Origin: an uncultured Spirochaetota bacterium
GTDB taxonomy: Bacteria > Spirochaetota > Spirochaetia > SZUA-6 > Fen-1364
Length of the DNA: 64,000 bases
NCBI GenBank assembly: GCA_963781885.1
Contig: CAWAHW010000007.1
Coordinates: 32,001 to 96,000, forward strand
Direction of reading: 5' to 3'
A model generated the notes under the pieces. It had not been told where the DNA came from. It saw nothing but the letters and a program-made list of their open reading frames with translations, and ran no database searches. The first letter of the stretch is position 1. Every line of letters starts with the position of its first letter. The translations under genes were made by a program, and so were the position numbers. Shown here in pieces: positions 32,445-43,464 of this stretch.

Positions 32445-34913
32445 TCAACCAAACATCGCGTCCTGAAACTCAACAGGGCTCATGCTCAATCCGAATTCCT
32501 CGCTGTAGTACTCCTTTTCTACGTATAGGATGCCTGAGTTTTTCTGTACTTCGTGGAGAGCTCCCTGTCTTTCGAGTTGCTGGAGTTGGTGGGGATATAA
32601 ATTGACGGAATACCGCTGGGCCTTTCGGAGTAAAGCAAACTGCTTTTCGACCTCAAAAGCGGCGCACAAATCTCCAACCAATTGCCTGCCGCGCTCGCCG
32701 TATTGAACGATTATGCCTCGAGTGGGCGCATCGATAGCGTGAAACGCGGTTGCTGCGCTCATGAACGATTGCCTAAAGATCCAGCGATAGTCCTTCTTGA
32801 ATTGCCGCGAGTACTCTTCCAGCGACAGTTGATTCGACGCCAAAAGCGAAAGGAGAGTGTCGTCGCGGCCGACGCCCTTCTTGTCCCCTCGGCCAATCGG
32901 ATAGTCCATCTCCGATTCGCGGTTAAAAAAGTAATACTTGAAAAACACTTCGGTTGCTGTGGGGCCAAGCAGGTCGTCCTTGAAATCCGTAGGTTGACGC
33001 TTGAACTCATCCATGACGCGAATTGCCTGCTCTTTTCCTTCCTTGATGTCATGGAGCATGTCGAGGTTCTCATCTGCTGGATTTACTATGAGAACACGTC
33101 CCCGTACTGGTCTCCCGTTTCGATTGCATCGGCCGGCAGATTGGGCGATCGAATCAAGACCGGCTACATAGCGAATTACGGATCCGAAATCTACGTCCAC
33201 ACCAGCTTCGATTACTTGAGTGCTGATACAAAGCACGCGCTGCGCTTTCTTAAGGCGCTGTCGAACAGCATCTAGGATGACAGCACGATGCGCCGGGCAC
33301 ATTCCCGCACTCAGATGGTAAATAGACCCTGCGTAACGACTATTGCAGCATGCATACAGCGACTGCGCTGACTTCTTCGTGTTGACAACAACGAGGCAAT
33401 TGCCAGAACGGTCCATTTCGTCGTCAACGAGGGCAGCGACCTCGGTTTCTTGCCATGCGTTTGGCCGTCTGAGGTCCGAAACGTCCACTCGTCTCAGCTG
33501 CGAAAACAGAGATTCAACATCCGGGACTATTTCGTTCTTACCTGAGAGGTCGATCCTGCCCTTTTGCTCATCCACCCCGTTCAGAAGGGGCTGTGTCGCT
33601 GTGCAGAGCACAACCGTAGAGCCGCAATGTTGTGTCAGGAAGTTTATGGCATTGCAGAACATGTGTGTGGTCCGAATTGGTAGCGCCTGTACCTCATCGA
33701 GAATAAGGACCGAATTCGAAAGCTGGTGCATGCGGCGAGCAGCTTGTGTTCCACCTCCGAAAAGGGCTTCCAGAAGCTGAACTGTCGTCGTAAACACGAT
33801 GGGGACGTCCCAGTCTTCAGATAGAATTTTGTTGGTCCACGTTTGACGCTCCGGCATGAGGTTGGAGTGATGCTCGAGGACGATTTTGCCTCGGTCAGTG
33901 TCATTCGCCTCCAGCACTTTACGAACGACCTCTGCGTTCTGATCTATGATGGTCGTAAATGGCACAAAGTAGAGGACGCGATCCATCTTGTGACGCATCG
34001 CGTGATTGAGTGCGAAGCGCAAGCTGGCAAGTGTCTTTCCGCCTCCAGTTGGTACAGTCAGCGTGAAGACGCCCTTCGGATCCTGTGCCCGAGAAAGACA
34101 GAGGTTTGAAACTTCCGCGCGGATTTTGTCGACAGTGTTGCGAATACCAAATGAAGAGAGAGTTTGATCGAGACGATCGACGAGTATTTCCCACCCAACG
34201 TATCTACCGTTCTGACGCTGCACGGCGGCTCTCGGGTTCTCGAAATCGGCGGAATCCCTTCCGTCAGCATCAGTCAAACACCCGTACAGGAATCTCACGA
34301 GCATACTTACGTTGAAATCATTGACTATCTGGGACTTGTCCGACTGAACGGATCTGCACTTTTTCACTGCAGCGGTCACCCAATCACGGTCGCTGACAAG
34401 GATTCTGAGCCGGTCATCTACAACAGAATCCAGATTCGCTACAGCCTCCGTCAGGTGAGTTAATTGGTGTGCCTTGGCGAGACGTTTTGATAACACATCG
34501 CTCCCGTTTGGTGAGATGCAGTCGATAAGGCCTGAATGGTGAGAGGCCAAGCACAGAGCGGCGATCGACCCGACGATCTCTCCCAACTTGCCTTTGGCAG
34601 ACAGCAAATCAAACGCACACTGAGCGCCCGCTGTTGAATGATCGATCTTGCCTTTCTGGGATTTTGCGTCCACGTATTCGTCAGAATCAGGGTCAAGAAT
34701 ACCTGTACTGGATTCTATGTACTTCCTAAACTCCTCGCTGTATTTGCCGAGGTCGTGTAGGAGCCCCAGCAATTGTCCCAATTCCATGAGCCCTATTTTT
34801 GCTGCACGTTCGCCAGCCTTCTCGCTGACGCCGAGTAGATGTTGGCCAACGTACTGGCTCTTGCCATCCGATTTGCGGACATGTGCGATGTAGTTCGTTC
34901 TGCTATCAGTCAT
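32445..34913 (-). CDS. cas3: Cas3 HD nuclease-helicase
   Basis: HD motifs LLHDLGKY, IDHSTAG, SHHSGL; Walker A PTGGGKT; DEVQ; STQVIEAGVDVDF; QSAGRCNR. Confidence 0.97.
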   Translation of the reverse strand: MTDSRTNYIAHVRKSDGKSQYVGQHLLGVSEKAGERAAKIGLMELGQLLGLLHDLGKYSEEFRKYIESSTGILDPDSDEYVDAKSQKGKIDHSTAGAQCAFDLLSAKGKLGEIVGSIAALCLASHHSGLIDCISPNGSDVLSKRLAKAHQLTHLTEAVANLDSVVDDRLRILVSDRDWVTAAVKKCRSVQSDKSQIVNDFNVSMLVRFLYGCLTDADGRDSADFENPRAAVQRQNGRYVGWEILVDRLDQTLSSFGIRNTVDKIRAEVSNLCLSRAQDPKGVFTLTVPTGGGKTLASLRFALNHAMRHKMDRVLYFVPFTTIIDQNAEVVRKVLEANDTDRGKIVLEHHSNLMPERQTWTNKILSEDWDVPIVFTTTVQLLEALFGGGTQAARRMHQLSNSVLILDEVQALPIRTTHMFCNAINFLTQHCGSTVVLCTATQPLLNGVDEQKGRIDLSGKNEIVPDVESLFSQLRRVDVSDLRRPNAWQETEVAALVDDEMDRSGNCLVVVNTKKSAQSLYACCNSRYAGSIYHLSAGMCPAHRAVILDAVRQRLKKAQRVLCISTQVIEAGVDVDFGSVIRYVAGLDSIAQSAGRCNRNGRPVRGRVLIVNPADENLDMLHDIKEGKEQAIRVMDEFKRQPTDFKDDLLGPTATEVFFKYYFFNRESEMDYPIGRGDKKGVGRDDTLLSLLASNQLSLEEYSRQFKKDYRWIFRQSFMSAATAFHAIDAPTRGIIVQYGERGRQLVGDLCAAFEVEKQFALLRKAQRYSVNLYPHQLQQLERQGALHEVQKNSGILYVEKEYYSEEFGLSMSPVEFQDAMFG

Positions 34914-35233
34914 GCCTTTCGGTCCATGTAACCGCAGGTGCGCGTCTTACCATTCGGATGATGACCGAGTGGTTTTCCTTTATAAAAAGGGGGTCTTTAG
35001 CCTCTCTTTGTTCATTCTTCCTTCCCCCCTTGCCTCTTCCGCAAAAGGAACGCTCATACCGACCAGCCGTCATCCTCCTCGATCTGCTGTCGGCGGAGTC
35101 GATGCAGAATTCTGATCGGGCTCGGCCGGTGGCGACTGTCACGCCGCCCTTTCCCAAAACAAGCCAAGGCGATTTCCTCATCACAGCATTTCATCCTGGC
35201 ACCCCGCTGTTGCAGCCAACGCAACACGCCGCA

Positions 35234-36221
35234 TTATTTTCCCCCTGCGTACATCGCCGCCATCGCCTGAGCCTCTTCGGCAATGCGTTGGCGAAGATCG
35301 GCCGGTGCGAGTATTTCCACGTCGGCGCCCCAGCCCCGGATCCAGGGGAACATTTCCCGAGGCTCGGCGATCTGGGCGCGCCAGATGAGCTCGCCACTGG
35401 GCAGATCGGTGACGGCCTGGCTGGGATGCCAGACCGTCTCGCGCACCCTATGGGCCACATGCGCGGAAAAGCGAAGAACCACATCCACGGGCGCGGCGTC
35501 GGAGTACCAGATGCCCCAGGCGCCTTCCAGCACGCCCGCGATCCTTTCGTCAGGAGGAATCGCATAGGTGTCTGACGTAAGGGTGGCTTGGAGGATTCTG
35601 TCCACGCGCAACGTACGCAGGTGATCCTCGCCCGCACATTCCCCAATCGCCTGTACCGTCTGACCGACGGCATAGGGCACGATCAAATAGACGGCGAAGC
35701 GGTAGGTGTCATCGGCGTTCCGATGCACCGAGTGATGGAGCACTTCCACCATCCTGCCTTCGGACCATCCGCGCGTGAGGGTTTCCAGGACACTGAGGTA
35801 CACCGGATCGCGGCGTGCTCGCGAGCCCTCCACCTTCTCCGCTTCCGCCACGATATGTCCCGCGATGGTTGGGGAGAACGCCTGCAGCGATTGGCCGAGC
35901 TTTCTCAAGGCGGACGCCGTGTGAGGATTGAAACGATCCATCCGATCTGCCATCAGGCGGCTCGCCAAGATAGAGGGAGAGGGATTCGTGGATGGTGAGT
36001 CGGATGTGGCTGAGGTAGCTGTCGCGATTGATACCTACCAGGCCGGTATCATCCTCCGTGACCGGCAGGAAGGAACCCAGCTCCGTGACGTACCGCGCTG
36101 CGGTGGATCGGTGCACGCCGAGCCGACGTGCAATCTCTGACCTGTGAAGGCCCTGACCATGAGCCAGAAGCAGTTGCTCCAGTTGCATGAGGCGCTCTGA
36201 CTTGGTTGCTGCTGAAACCAT
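35234..36221 (-). CDS. HTH-WYL-WCX transcriptional regulator (one frameshift near 35965)
   Basis: N-terminal wHTH (RSEIARRLGVHRSTAARY) in one frame; WYL/WCX part (LRTLRVDRI, WHPSQ, PWIRGWGADVEILAPADLR) in the next. Confidence 0.9.
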
Positions 36222-36323
36222 TTGAAATTGGAAATTATGGTAGCACGATGAGAGCTACAAGTCCAATAAAACTGACGCTGACGCAAGGCATTTCAACTGC
36301 TATAAGGAAACCGCGGTCGTGAT

Positions 36324-36944
36324 ATGATGAATGCGGATATGACCGCCGCCGAAATCCTCAAGCTGAATGGCGATATGCGACAGTCCCCGCTCATGGACGC
36401 GGTCCGGCACTTTGACGCCCTGGCCCGTTCCCACCAGTTGCCGTACTGCATCGTCGGCGGCCTTGCCGTGATCAGAAACGGCTACCCGCGCACGACGATT
36501 GATGTCGATGTTCTCACTTTCAAGCAGGCGTGGCGCAATCTCCTGCCGTTGGAGGGAGAAATCACAAGCCAGGGAATCGACAACTGTGTTGACAAGGCAT
36601 CAGGGGTGACGATCGACATCCTCTTCGCTGATGACGATTGGGAGATGGTGATCCCGATGCCCGATCCGCTGAAGGCAGGGGAATACGACGAAGAGCTTGG
36701 GGCAAGATTCATCCGCCTGCACGATCTCGTGCAGCTCAAGATGGCCGTCCATCTTTCGAAGCTGCGGGAATCAGGCATGGATGTGGCAGCCAAGGACCTC
36801 AGCGACGTCTATGAGCTCATGCGCAGGAATCTTGCGGAGTTTTCCCCGGATATCATCCGCGCCTATGATCCCGCCGTAAGGAAATCCTGCATGAGGACGT
36901 TTGAAAGCGCGGCGCGCGCCTCAAAACGCGAAAAACGCCGCTGA
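36324..36944 (+). CDS. Pol-beta-superfamily nucleotidyltransferase-like protein, copy B
   Basis: IVGGLAVIRNGYPRTTIDVDVL and LK...KDLSDVYEL. Paralog of 1478-2107, divergent from the WYL gene. Confidence 0.75.
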   Translation: MMNADMTAAEILKLNGDMRQSPLMDAVRHFDALARSHQLPYCIVGGLAVIRNGYPRTTIDVDVLTFKQAWRNLLPLEGEITSQGIDNCVDKASGVTIDILFADDDWEMVIPMPDPLKAGEYDEELGARFIRLHDLVQLKMAVHLSKLRESGMDVAAKDLSDVYELMRRNLAEFSPDIIRAYDPAVRKSCMRTFESAARASKREKRR

Positions 36945-36998
36945 CGGGACCGCGGCTCATGGACGTCCCGTCGCGGCGCTTTACGTCAGAGCGCGAAG

Positions 36999-37610
36999 TC
37001 AAGACCCAGCGCGAGGCTCGGAGTCTTTTCCCCCGGCTCCCAGCTCGCGTTGACGACAGGCAGGATTTCCGGCCTTTCGAAATGAGGTAGACGTCGGGGT
37101 TGCCGCGTACAGCTCCCCCGACCAGCGTGCACGCGGTCCGGTCCAGTTGATCGACTCGAATATCACCGCTCCAGCGCTGAAAACGATGCTCGTGATGAAT
37201 GCCGCAACCTCGTCGGGAATGAGGAAGCCCGCCCCGACGGCCCCGACCGTGCACCCGACGGAGAGCCACGTATAGGTCCATGCGGCCGACCGCGAGCTTG
37301 CCAGGACGTCCCCTCCCATGGCCTCGATCTGGCTCTGCCGCGCATCGAGGCAGAGGTTCCAGATCAAGCCGCCGCCCGACATGCACAGGGATCCGACGGA
37401 GAAAAGCGCCAACGACGTATAGGTGTCGGTGAAGTCATACCCTCCCACGAGAACGAGCGTGTACCCCGTCAGGTCCACCGCGATGCCGGAGACGATCGCC
37501 GCATCGAGGAGGCCCGGTCTGCCGCCGCCCACGAACGCCCTCCAGTTCTGCGCGGAGCAGGGAACCGCAATCGCGGCGCACACGACGACAATAAGAATGA
37601 CCTTTTTCAT
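36999..37610 (-). CDS. Hypothetical membrane protein with signal peptide
   Basis: MKKVILIVVVCAAIAVPCSA signal-like N-terminus, several hydrophobic segments, AAGGAG RBS. Confidence 0.6.
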   Translation of the reverse strand: MKKVILIVVVCAAIAVPCSAQNWRAFVGGGRPGLLDAAIVSGIAVDLTGYTLVLVGGYDFTDTYTSLALFSVGSLCMSGGGLIWNLCLDARQSQIEAMGGDVLASSRSAAWTYTWLSVGCTVGAVGAGFLIPDEVAAFITSIVFSAGAVIFESINWTGPRARWSGELYAATPTSTSFRKAGNPACRQRELGAGGKDSEPRAGS

Positions 37611-37807
37611 GACACGACTCCTTTGTGGATGATGGGTGATGCGCGCCCATCATCTCACTATCACCGGCGTCCGACAAGGAGACGCCGTCGAGCTGTGCGC
37701 GGCCGCATCCTCCGTGGTACCTTTGTCGGGGAGGACGGGATGAAACTGACCGGGAACACGATTGTCATCTTTTCGACGCGATGAACTATTAACGAGGCAT
37801 GCGGCCG

Positions 37808-38689
37808 ATGAGGAAAATGACGGCTTTCGCCGCGAGCATTTCGGTTTTTGCGCTGCTCGTCTCCTGTGCATCGGAGCCTCCGATTCTGCCGATGCCTCCC
37901 TACTTCAACGAGCTTGCCGGCACGGGAGCTCCGCCGGAGGTGCAGGCTGCCATCGGTCGGGGAGCGGACGTGAATGGACGGGGTGAAGACGGCATGACAC
38001 CGCTGATGGCCGCCGCGGGGAAGAGCAGGAATGCCGAGGTGCTCGTCGTGCTCCTGAATGCGGGAGCGGACGTTCGAGGGAAGGGACATGTACGGTCGCA
38101 CGCCGCTCATGTACGCCGCGCAAAACAGGAACCCTGAAATGGTCGACGACGCTCCTGCGCGCGGGCGCCGATGTGAACGATCAGGACAAGGACGGGTGGA
38201 CGGCGCTCATGCTCGCCGCCGCTGACGTCGACCAGGGCCCCGAGGTCCCGCGAGGCTCCTGGCCGCCGGTGCGGACGCGAACGCGCGGAATCAGGACGGT
38301 GATACCGCGCTGATCCTGGCCGGCGAGAAACCCGAACCTGCAGGTGACTACCCTGCTCCTGCAGGCCGGCACCGACGTGAACGCCCAGAACGACATGGGT
38401 GTGACCTCGCTGATGCAGGCCGTCACCGAAAACGTGAATCTCGAGGTGATCACGACGCTCTTGAAGGCGGGCGCGGATGCGAATGCGCGAAACCTGTTCG
38501 ACGCGACACCGCTGATATGCGCCGTCACAAACGGCGCGAACCCCAAGAGTGATCGCGCTGCTCCTGGAGGCGGGCGCGGACGCAAAAGCGCGGGATGCCG
38601 ACCTCAAGACGGCGCTCGATTATGCGCGGACCGAGGAAAAGCTGAAAGGCACCGACGCCTATCGGAAGCTGGAAGCCGCCTCGCGATGA
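37808..38689 (+). CDS. Ankyrin-repeat lipoprotein (several frameshifts)
   Basis: Lipobox LLVSC; repeated GADVN..G.TPLM.AA ankyrin motifs spread over frames; ends LKGTDAYRKLEAASR*. Confidence 0.8.
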
Positions 38690-38727
38690 GATGAAGCGGA
38701 GCTCCTTTGCGCAGAAAGGCGGTGACG

Positions 38728-39652
38728 ATGGATCCTCGGCGGGGCTACACCCTGGCGGTGCTGAACATGGCGATCAGCGGCGCTGGCAATCTACGTGAAC
38801 AGCCTTGGGGTGAAAATGTTCGCCGATTCCACGCTGTACACCGCGCTGAAAAATGGCGTGGTGGGCATCGTCCTCGTCGTGGTGCTCATCGCGTCGAGGA
38901 AGGCGCGCGCGCCGTACGCCCGTCTGTCCGTCCCGCAGTGGCTCCTGCTTCTTGCCGTCGCGCTGATCGGCGGCAGCGTGCCGTATGCGTTCTATTTCCG
39001 CGGCCTCCAGCTTTCCACGCCCGTGACGGCCTCCCTCGTCGACCACACGCAGTTCCTGCTCGTCGCCGGGTTTGCGGCGCTCTTTCTTCGTGAGCGATTC
39101 GGCCCCGCGGTGTGGGCGGCGCTGGGCATTCTGCTTGCCGGCCTGTGCCTGGGCATCACGGTGAGCGCCGTGCGCCTGGACGCCGGCGTCGTATTTCTTG
39201 CCGCGGCGACGGTTCTGTTTGCCGTGGATTTCGTGCTGATGAAGCATCTCCTTGCAGCGGTGCCCCCGCTGGCCGTCATGACCTTCAAGATGGCGCTCGG
39301 CTCGCTGCTCCTCATCGCCTACGTCGCGGCCACGGGCCGGATGGGGTCCGTTGTCGGCATGACGCTGCTCCAGTGGGGATTCATCGGCGTCACCGGGCTC
39401 ATCCTGCTCGCGTTCACGACCACGTCGGTGCTCGGGCTTCGCTCCGCATCGGCCACCGCGGTGACGGCCATTCCCGCCGGCGCGCCCATCGTCACGACGG
39501 CAATCGTGCTCGTCGCGCAGGGAGGCGCCATCCCGCCCGTGCGCTGGCTCGGCCTTTCCCTCATGCTGGTGGCCGTGCTCGCCGTGTTCATTTTCGGCCG
39601 ACGCCAGGAGGCGCGCCGCGCGGCCGACAACGGTCAGGGGAATGCGGCATGA
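38728..39652 (+). CDS. EamA/DMT family transporter (frameshift near the 5' end)
   Basis: About 10 hydrophobic helices with DMT-like motifs (YFRGLQLS..TASLV, ALFLRER). Confidence 0.8.
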
Positions 39653-40386
39653 GCGACGGGCTTCTCCTTTTCGCGCGCTATGCCTACGCGCCCAACCGGC
39701 TCGGTTACTGCGGCTCCGACGATCACCCGGCCCTGTTCTCCTATCTCACGGAGTCCCGGCCGGACCAGGGCCTTCTGGAATTGGCCCGGCAATTCGACGG
39801 CGCCTTCCCCTATCTCACCCTCATTGCCCGGGCGAACAACATCGCGGACCCCTTCGACCGCCGGGTGGTGGAAGCCTACTGGATCGGAAACGCGCTCCTG
39901 GAGCGCGTCGGGCAGGCGTCGTTTTTCGAATCCCTGTCCGCACGATTCCGACCCCGCATGAAGAGGCAGGACTTCACCTGGATGACAAGCGTCCTCCCCG
40001 CCGGCGCGAAGCCGCACCACAACTTCCACGTCTTCGACGTCTACCGCCGGGCAGGTCTCCTGCGCGACGAGCGGGCGACGGTTGCGTTGGAGCGCATGGA
40101 CCAATGCCGCATCAGTTGGGGCCGGGTCCTGTACGCGGAAGGTGCGGAGGTCGTTGTCGAGCGATCCCCCCTGGTGATGGAGCAGGGAAAACTCGCGCTC
40201 GGCGTGCCCGTCACGGTGCGCGTCCTGCGCCATATCGACGGCCGCGGCTACCTGGACGATTTCAGGCCCGGACAGACCGTGTCCATCCACTGGAACTGGG
40301 CCTGCGACCTCATGGACGGCCCTGCCCGGGCGCAGCTCTTGCGCGCCACGCGCCGCGCCATTGCCCACACGAACCTGACGCTCTGA
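39649..40386 (+). CDS. DUF6390-like conserved protein
   Basis: FARYAYAPNRLGYCG, VVEAYWIGN, PHHNFHVF, CRISWG, SIHWNWAC. ATGA overlap with the EamA stop. Confidence 0.75.
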   Translation: MSDGLLLFARYAYAPNRLGYCGSDDHPALFSYLTESRPDQGLLELARQFDGAFPYLTLIARANNIADPFDRRVVEAYWIGNALLERVGQASFFESLSARFRPRMKRQDFTWMTSVLPAGAKPHHNFHVFDVYRRAGLLRDERATVALERMDQCRISWGRVLYAEGAEVVVERSPLVMEQGKLALGVPVTVRVLRHIDGRGYLDDFRPGQTVSIHWNWACDLMDGPARAQLLRATRRAIAHTNLTL

Positions 40387-40523
40387 TTGACGGAACGCCG
40401 ATCGAAGCGGCCGCGACCATTCGGCAGCAAACTGGACCTCGGTGCTCCAGGCCATGAAGGCGCTGCTCGAGAAGTGAGCGCGCCGGAATTGACGATACAT
40501 ATAGTGATTTCCTAATATATGTT

Positions 40524-42329
40524 ATGAAGCATTTTGTGCCCGTTGCCGTCCTGTTCGCGGCGGCAGTTATTGCGGGGGCGGCCCCGACCGTGACCGTGTC
40601 GAACTCGATCAGCCTTCACGACGCCCCCAAGTATGGACCGACGTTCACCCACTTCGACTACGTGAATCCCGATGCGCCGAAAGGCGGCACCCTGCGGCAG
40701 TCGGTCGTCGGCACGTACGACAATTTCAACGCCTACGCGCAGCGGGGCGTCGCGGAATCGAGCGCGGCGGCATTCTACGACACCCTGATGACGCCGTCGG
40801 AGGACGAGATCGAGGTCTATTACGGGCTCATTGCACAGAAGGTCGAGTATCCCAGCGACTTCACCTGGATCATTTTCGACCTGAATCCAAAGGCAAAAAA
40901 CCAGGATGGATCGCCCATCACGGCGGACGAGGTGGTCTTCTCCTTCAACAAGTTCCTGAACGAGGGCGTGCCGCAGTTCAAGCAGTACTACGCGAACGTG
41001 TCGAAGGCCGAAGCCCTGGATCCCCTGCGCGTGAAGTTTACCCTCACCCAGGGCGACAAGTCCCTGCTCGTGGCACTCGCGCAGCTCACCGTCCTCCCGC
41101 AGGCCTACTGGCAGAGCCGCAAGCTCTCCGAGCCGCTCACCGAGATTCCCCAGGGAAGCGGTGCGTACACGGTGAAGGACTACAAGATCGGGGAATATGC
41201 CATCTATCAGCGCCTGCCGAGCTACTGGGGGGCCGACCTGCCCGTGAACAAGGGCCAGATGAATTTTGACGCCCTGCGCTACGACTACTACCGCGACGCG
41301 CAGGTCGCCTTCCAGGCCTTCATTGCCGGGGAATACGACCTGTACCAGGAGAGCGTCGCGAAGAACTGGGCGACGATGTACACGGGGAAGAACTTCGACA
41401 ATGGCGCCATCGTCAAGGAGGAGATTCCGCACCAGATCCCGCAGGGCATGCAAGGGCTCGTCTTCAATATCCAGCGCCCGATATTCAAGGACGTGCGGGT
41501 GCGGGAGGCGCTCACATACGCGCTGGATTTCGAATGGATGAACAAGAATCTCTTCTACAACCAGTACACCCGCGCGCGCAGCTACTTCACCAACACTCCC
41601 TACGAGGCGAAGGGGCTGCCCGGCCCGGGGGAGCTTGCGATCCTGTCGCCCCTGAAGGGAAAGATACCGGACCGCGTCTTCACGACCGAGTTCCAGCCGC
41701 CGGTCACCGACGGCTCGGGCGAGATCGGCCCCCAGCTTGAGAAGGCGTTCGCCCTCCTGAAGGCTGCCGGCTGGGAGGTGAGGAATGAGAAACTCGTCAA
41801 TGTGCAGACGGGCGATCCGTTCGCTTTCGAGCTCCTTATCTTCGATCCCTCCGAGCAGAGGATTGCCGTGGCCGTGCAGAAGAACTTCCAGCGCATGGGC
41901 ATCGCGATGACCATCCGGCAACTCGATTCGGCGCAGTTCACGAACCGGCTCCGCTCGCGCGACTTCGACATGATCTCGGGCAGCTATGACGCCAATTTCT
42001 ATCCCAGCACCGACATGAAGATCGTCTGGCGATCGGACTACATCAGCGACACCTGGAACCAGGCCGGCGTCCAGGACCCCGCCGTGGACGCCCTGATCGA
42101 CGGCATCGTGGCGCACCAGGACGACTCCGCGGCCCTCCTGAACTGGGGCCGGGCGCTTGACCGGGTGCTCACCTGGAACTTCTACGTGATCCCCGAGTGG
42201 TACCTCAGCAAGTTCCGCGTCGCCTCCTGGAACAAGTTCTCGCGCCCCGCCGTGCGGCCGAAATACACCCTCGGCCTGGGCGCCTGGTGGCTGGACAAGG
42301 ACAAGGAAGCGCGCCTGCCGAAGAGCTGA
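40524..42329 (+). CDS. yejA: ABC peptide transporter substrate-binding protein, YejA-like
   Basis: PKY...HFDYVNPDAPKGG, FDFEW-like ALDFEWMNKNLFYNQY, RALDRVLTWNFYVIP. Confidence 0.9.
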   Translation: MKHFVPVAVLFAAAVIAGAAPTVTVSNSISLHDAPKYGPTFTHFDYVNPDAPKGGTLRQSVVGTYDNFNAYAQRGVAESSAAAFYDTLMTPSEDEIEVYYGLIAQKVEYPSDFTWIIFDLNPKAKNQDGSPITADEVVFSFNKFLNEGVPQFKQYYANVSKAEALDPLRVKFTLTQGDKSLLVALAQLTVLPQAYWQSRKLSEPLTEIPQGSGAYTVKDYKIGEYAIYQRLPSYWGADLPVNKGQMNFDALRYDYYRDAQVAFQAFIAGEYDLYQESVAKNWATMYTGKNFDNGAIVKEEIPHQIPQGMQGLVFNIQRPIFKDVRVREALTYALDFEWMNKNLFYNQYTRARSYFTNTPYEAKGLPGPGELAILSPLKGKIPDRVFTTEFQPPVTDGSGEIGPQLEKAFALLKAAGWEVRNEKLVNVQTGDPFAFELLIFDPSEQRIAVAVQKNFQRMGIAMTIRQLDSAQFTNRLRSRDFDMISGSYDANFYPSTDMKIVWRSDYISDTWNQAGVQDPAVDALIDGIVAHQDDSAALLNWGRALDRVLTWNFYVIPEWYLSKFRVASWNKFSRPAVRPKYTLGLGAWWLDKDKEARLPKS

Positions 42330-42347
42330 GCGGGACCGAGCCGCATC

Positions 42348-43463
42348 ATGGGTCGGTACGTCGTCCGACGGCTCCTCCTGATGATCCCCACGCTGTGGGC
42401 GATCATCACGGTCAACTTCTTCATCGTGCAGATCGCCCCGGGTGGTCCGGTGGATCAGGCGGTCGCACAGCTGCGCGGCAAATCCGCCATTGCCGCTCTG
42501 GAACGCATCTCGGGTCAGGGCAGCACGGAGGTCGCGCCGCCCGCGGGGTCCACGGGCACGACGGCGGGCGCGAATCAATCCCTCTACCGGGGCGCGCGCG
42601 GGCTGGACCCCCAGACGATCGCCGAGATCCGGAAGCGCTTCGGCTTTGACAAGCCGCTCCTGGTCCGCTACCTGGAGATGCTGTGGCGCTACATCCGGCT
42701 CGATTTCGGCGACAGCCTCTTTCGCGGCCGCAGCGTGATGGGGCTCATCATCGAGCGGATGCCGGTCTCCATCTCCATCGGGTTCTGGAGCACGCTCATC
42801 ATCTACCTCGTCTCCATCCCTCTGGGCATCCGCAAGGCGGTGCGGCACGGCAGCAGGTTCGACGTGTGGACGAGCACGGCAGTGGTGGTTGGCAACACCA
42901 TCCCGACGTTCCTCTTTGCCATCGTGCTCATCATCTTCTTTGCCGGCGGCTCCTACCTGAAATGGTTCCCCCTTCGGGGGCTCGTCTCAACGGACTTTGG
43001 CTCCTTCTCCTTTCTCCGGAAGATCGCCGATTACTTCTGGCATCTCGCCCTTCCCACCCTCGCGATGGTGATCGGCGGCTTCGCCACGCTCACGATGCTC
43101 ACGAAGAACTCCTTCCTCGACGAGATCCACAAGCAGTATGTCGCCACCGCGCGATCCAAGGGTCTCACGGAGAAACGCATCCTGCGCCGGCACGTGTTCC
43201 GCAACGCCATGCTGCTCGTGATCGCGGGCTTTCCCTCCGCGTTCATCAGCATGCTCTTCACCGGCTCCGTCCTGATCGAGGTGATCTTCTCCCTCAACGG
43301 CCTCGGGCTCCTGGGGTTCGAGGCAACGATGCAGCGCGACTATCCCGTCATGTTCGGCACGTTGTACATGTTCACGCTCCTCGGCCTCATCCTCGGGCTC
43401 GTGAGCGACCTCACGTACACCATCGTGGACCCGCGCATCGATTTCGAGACACGGGGCGGCTGA
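42348..43463 (+). CDS. yejB: ABC transporter permease YejB
   Basis: [42 protein letters not shown]. Confidence 0.92.
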   Translation: MGRYVVRRLLLMIPTLWAIITVNFFIVQIAPGGPVDQAVAQLRGKSAIAALERISGQGSTEVAPPAGSTGTTAGANQSLYRGARGLDPQTIAEIRKRFGFDKPLLVRYLEMLWRYIRLDFGDSLFRGRSVMGLIIERMPVSISIGFWSTLIIYLVSIPLGIRKAVRHGSRFDVWTSTAVVVGNTIPTFLFAIVLIIFFAGGSYLKWFPLRGLVSTDFGSFSFLRKIADYFWHLALPTLAMVIGGFATLTMLTKNSFLDEIHKQYVATARSKGLTEKRILRRHVFRNAMLLVIAGFPSAFISMLFTGSVLIEVIFSLNGLGLLGFEATMQRDYPVMFGTLYMFTLLGLILGLVSDLTYTIVDPRIDFETRGG

Positions 43464-43464
43464 G

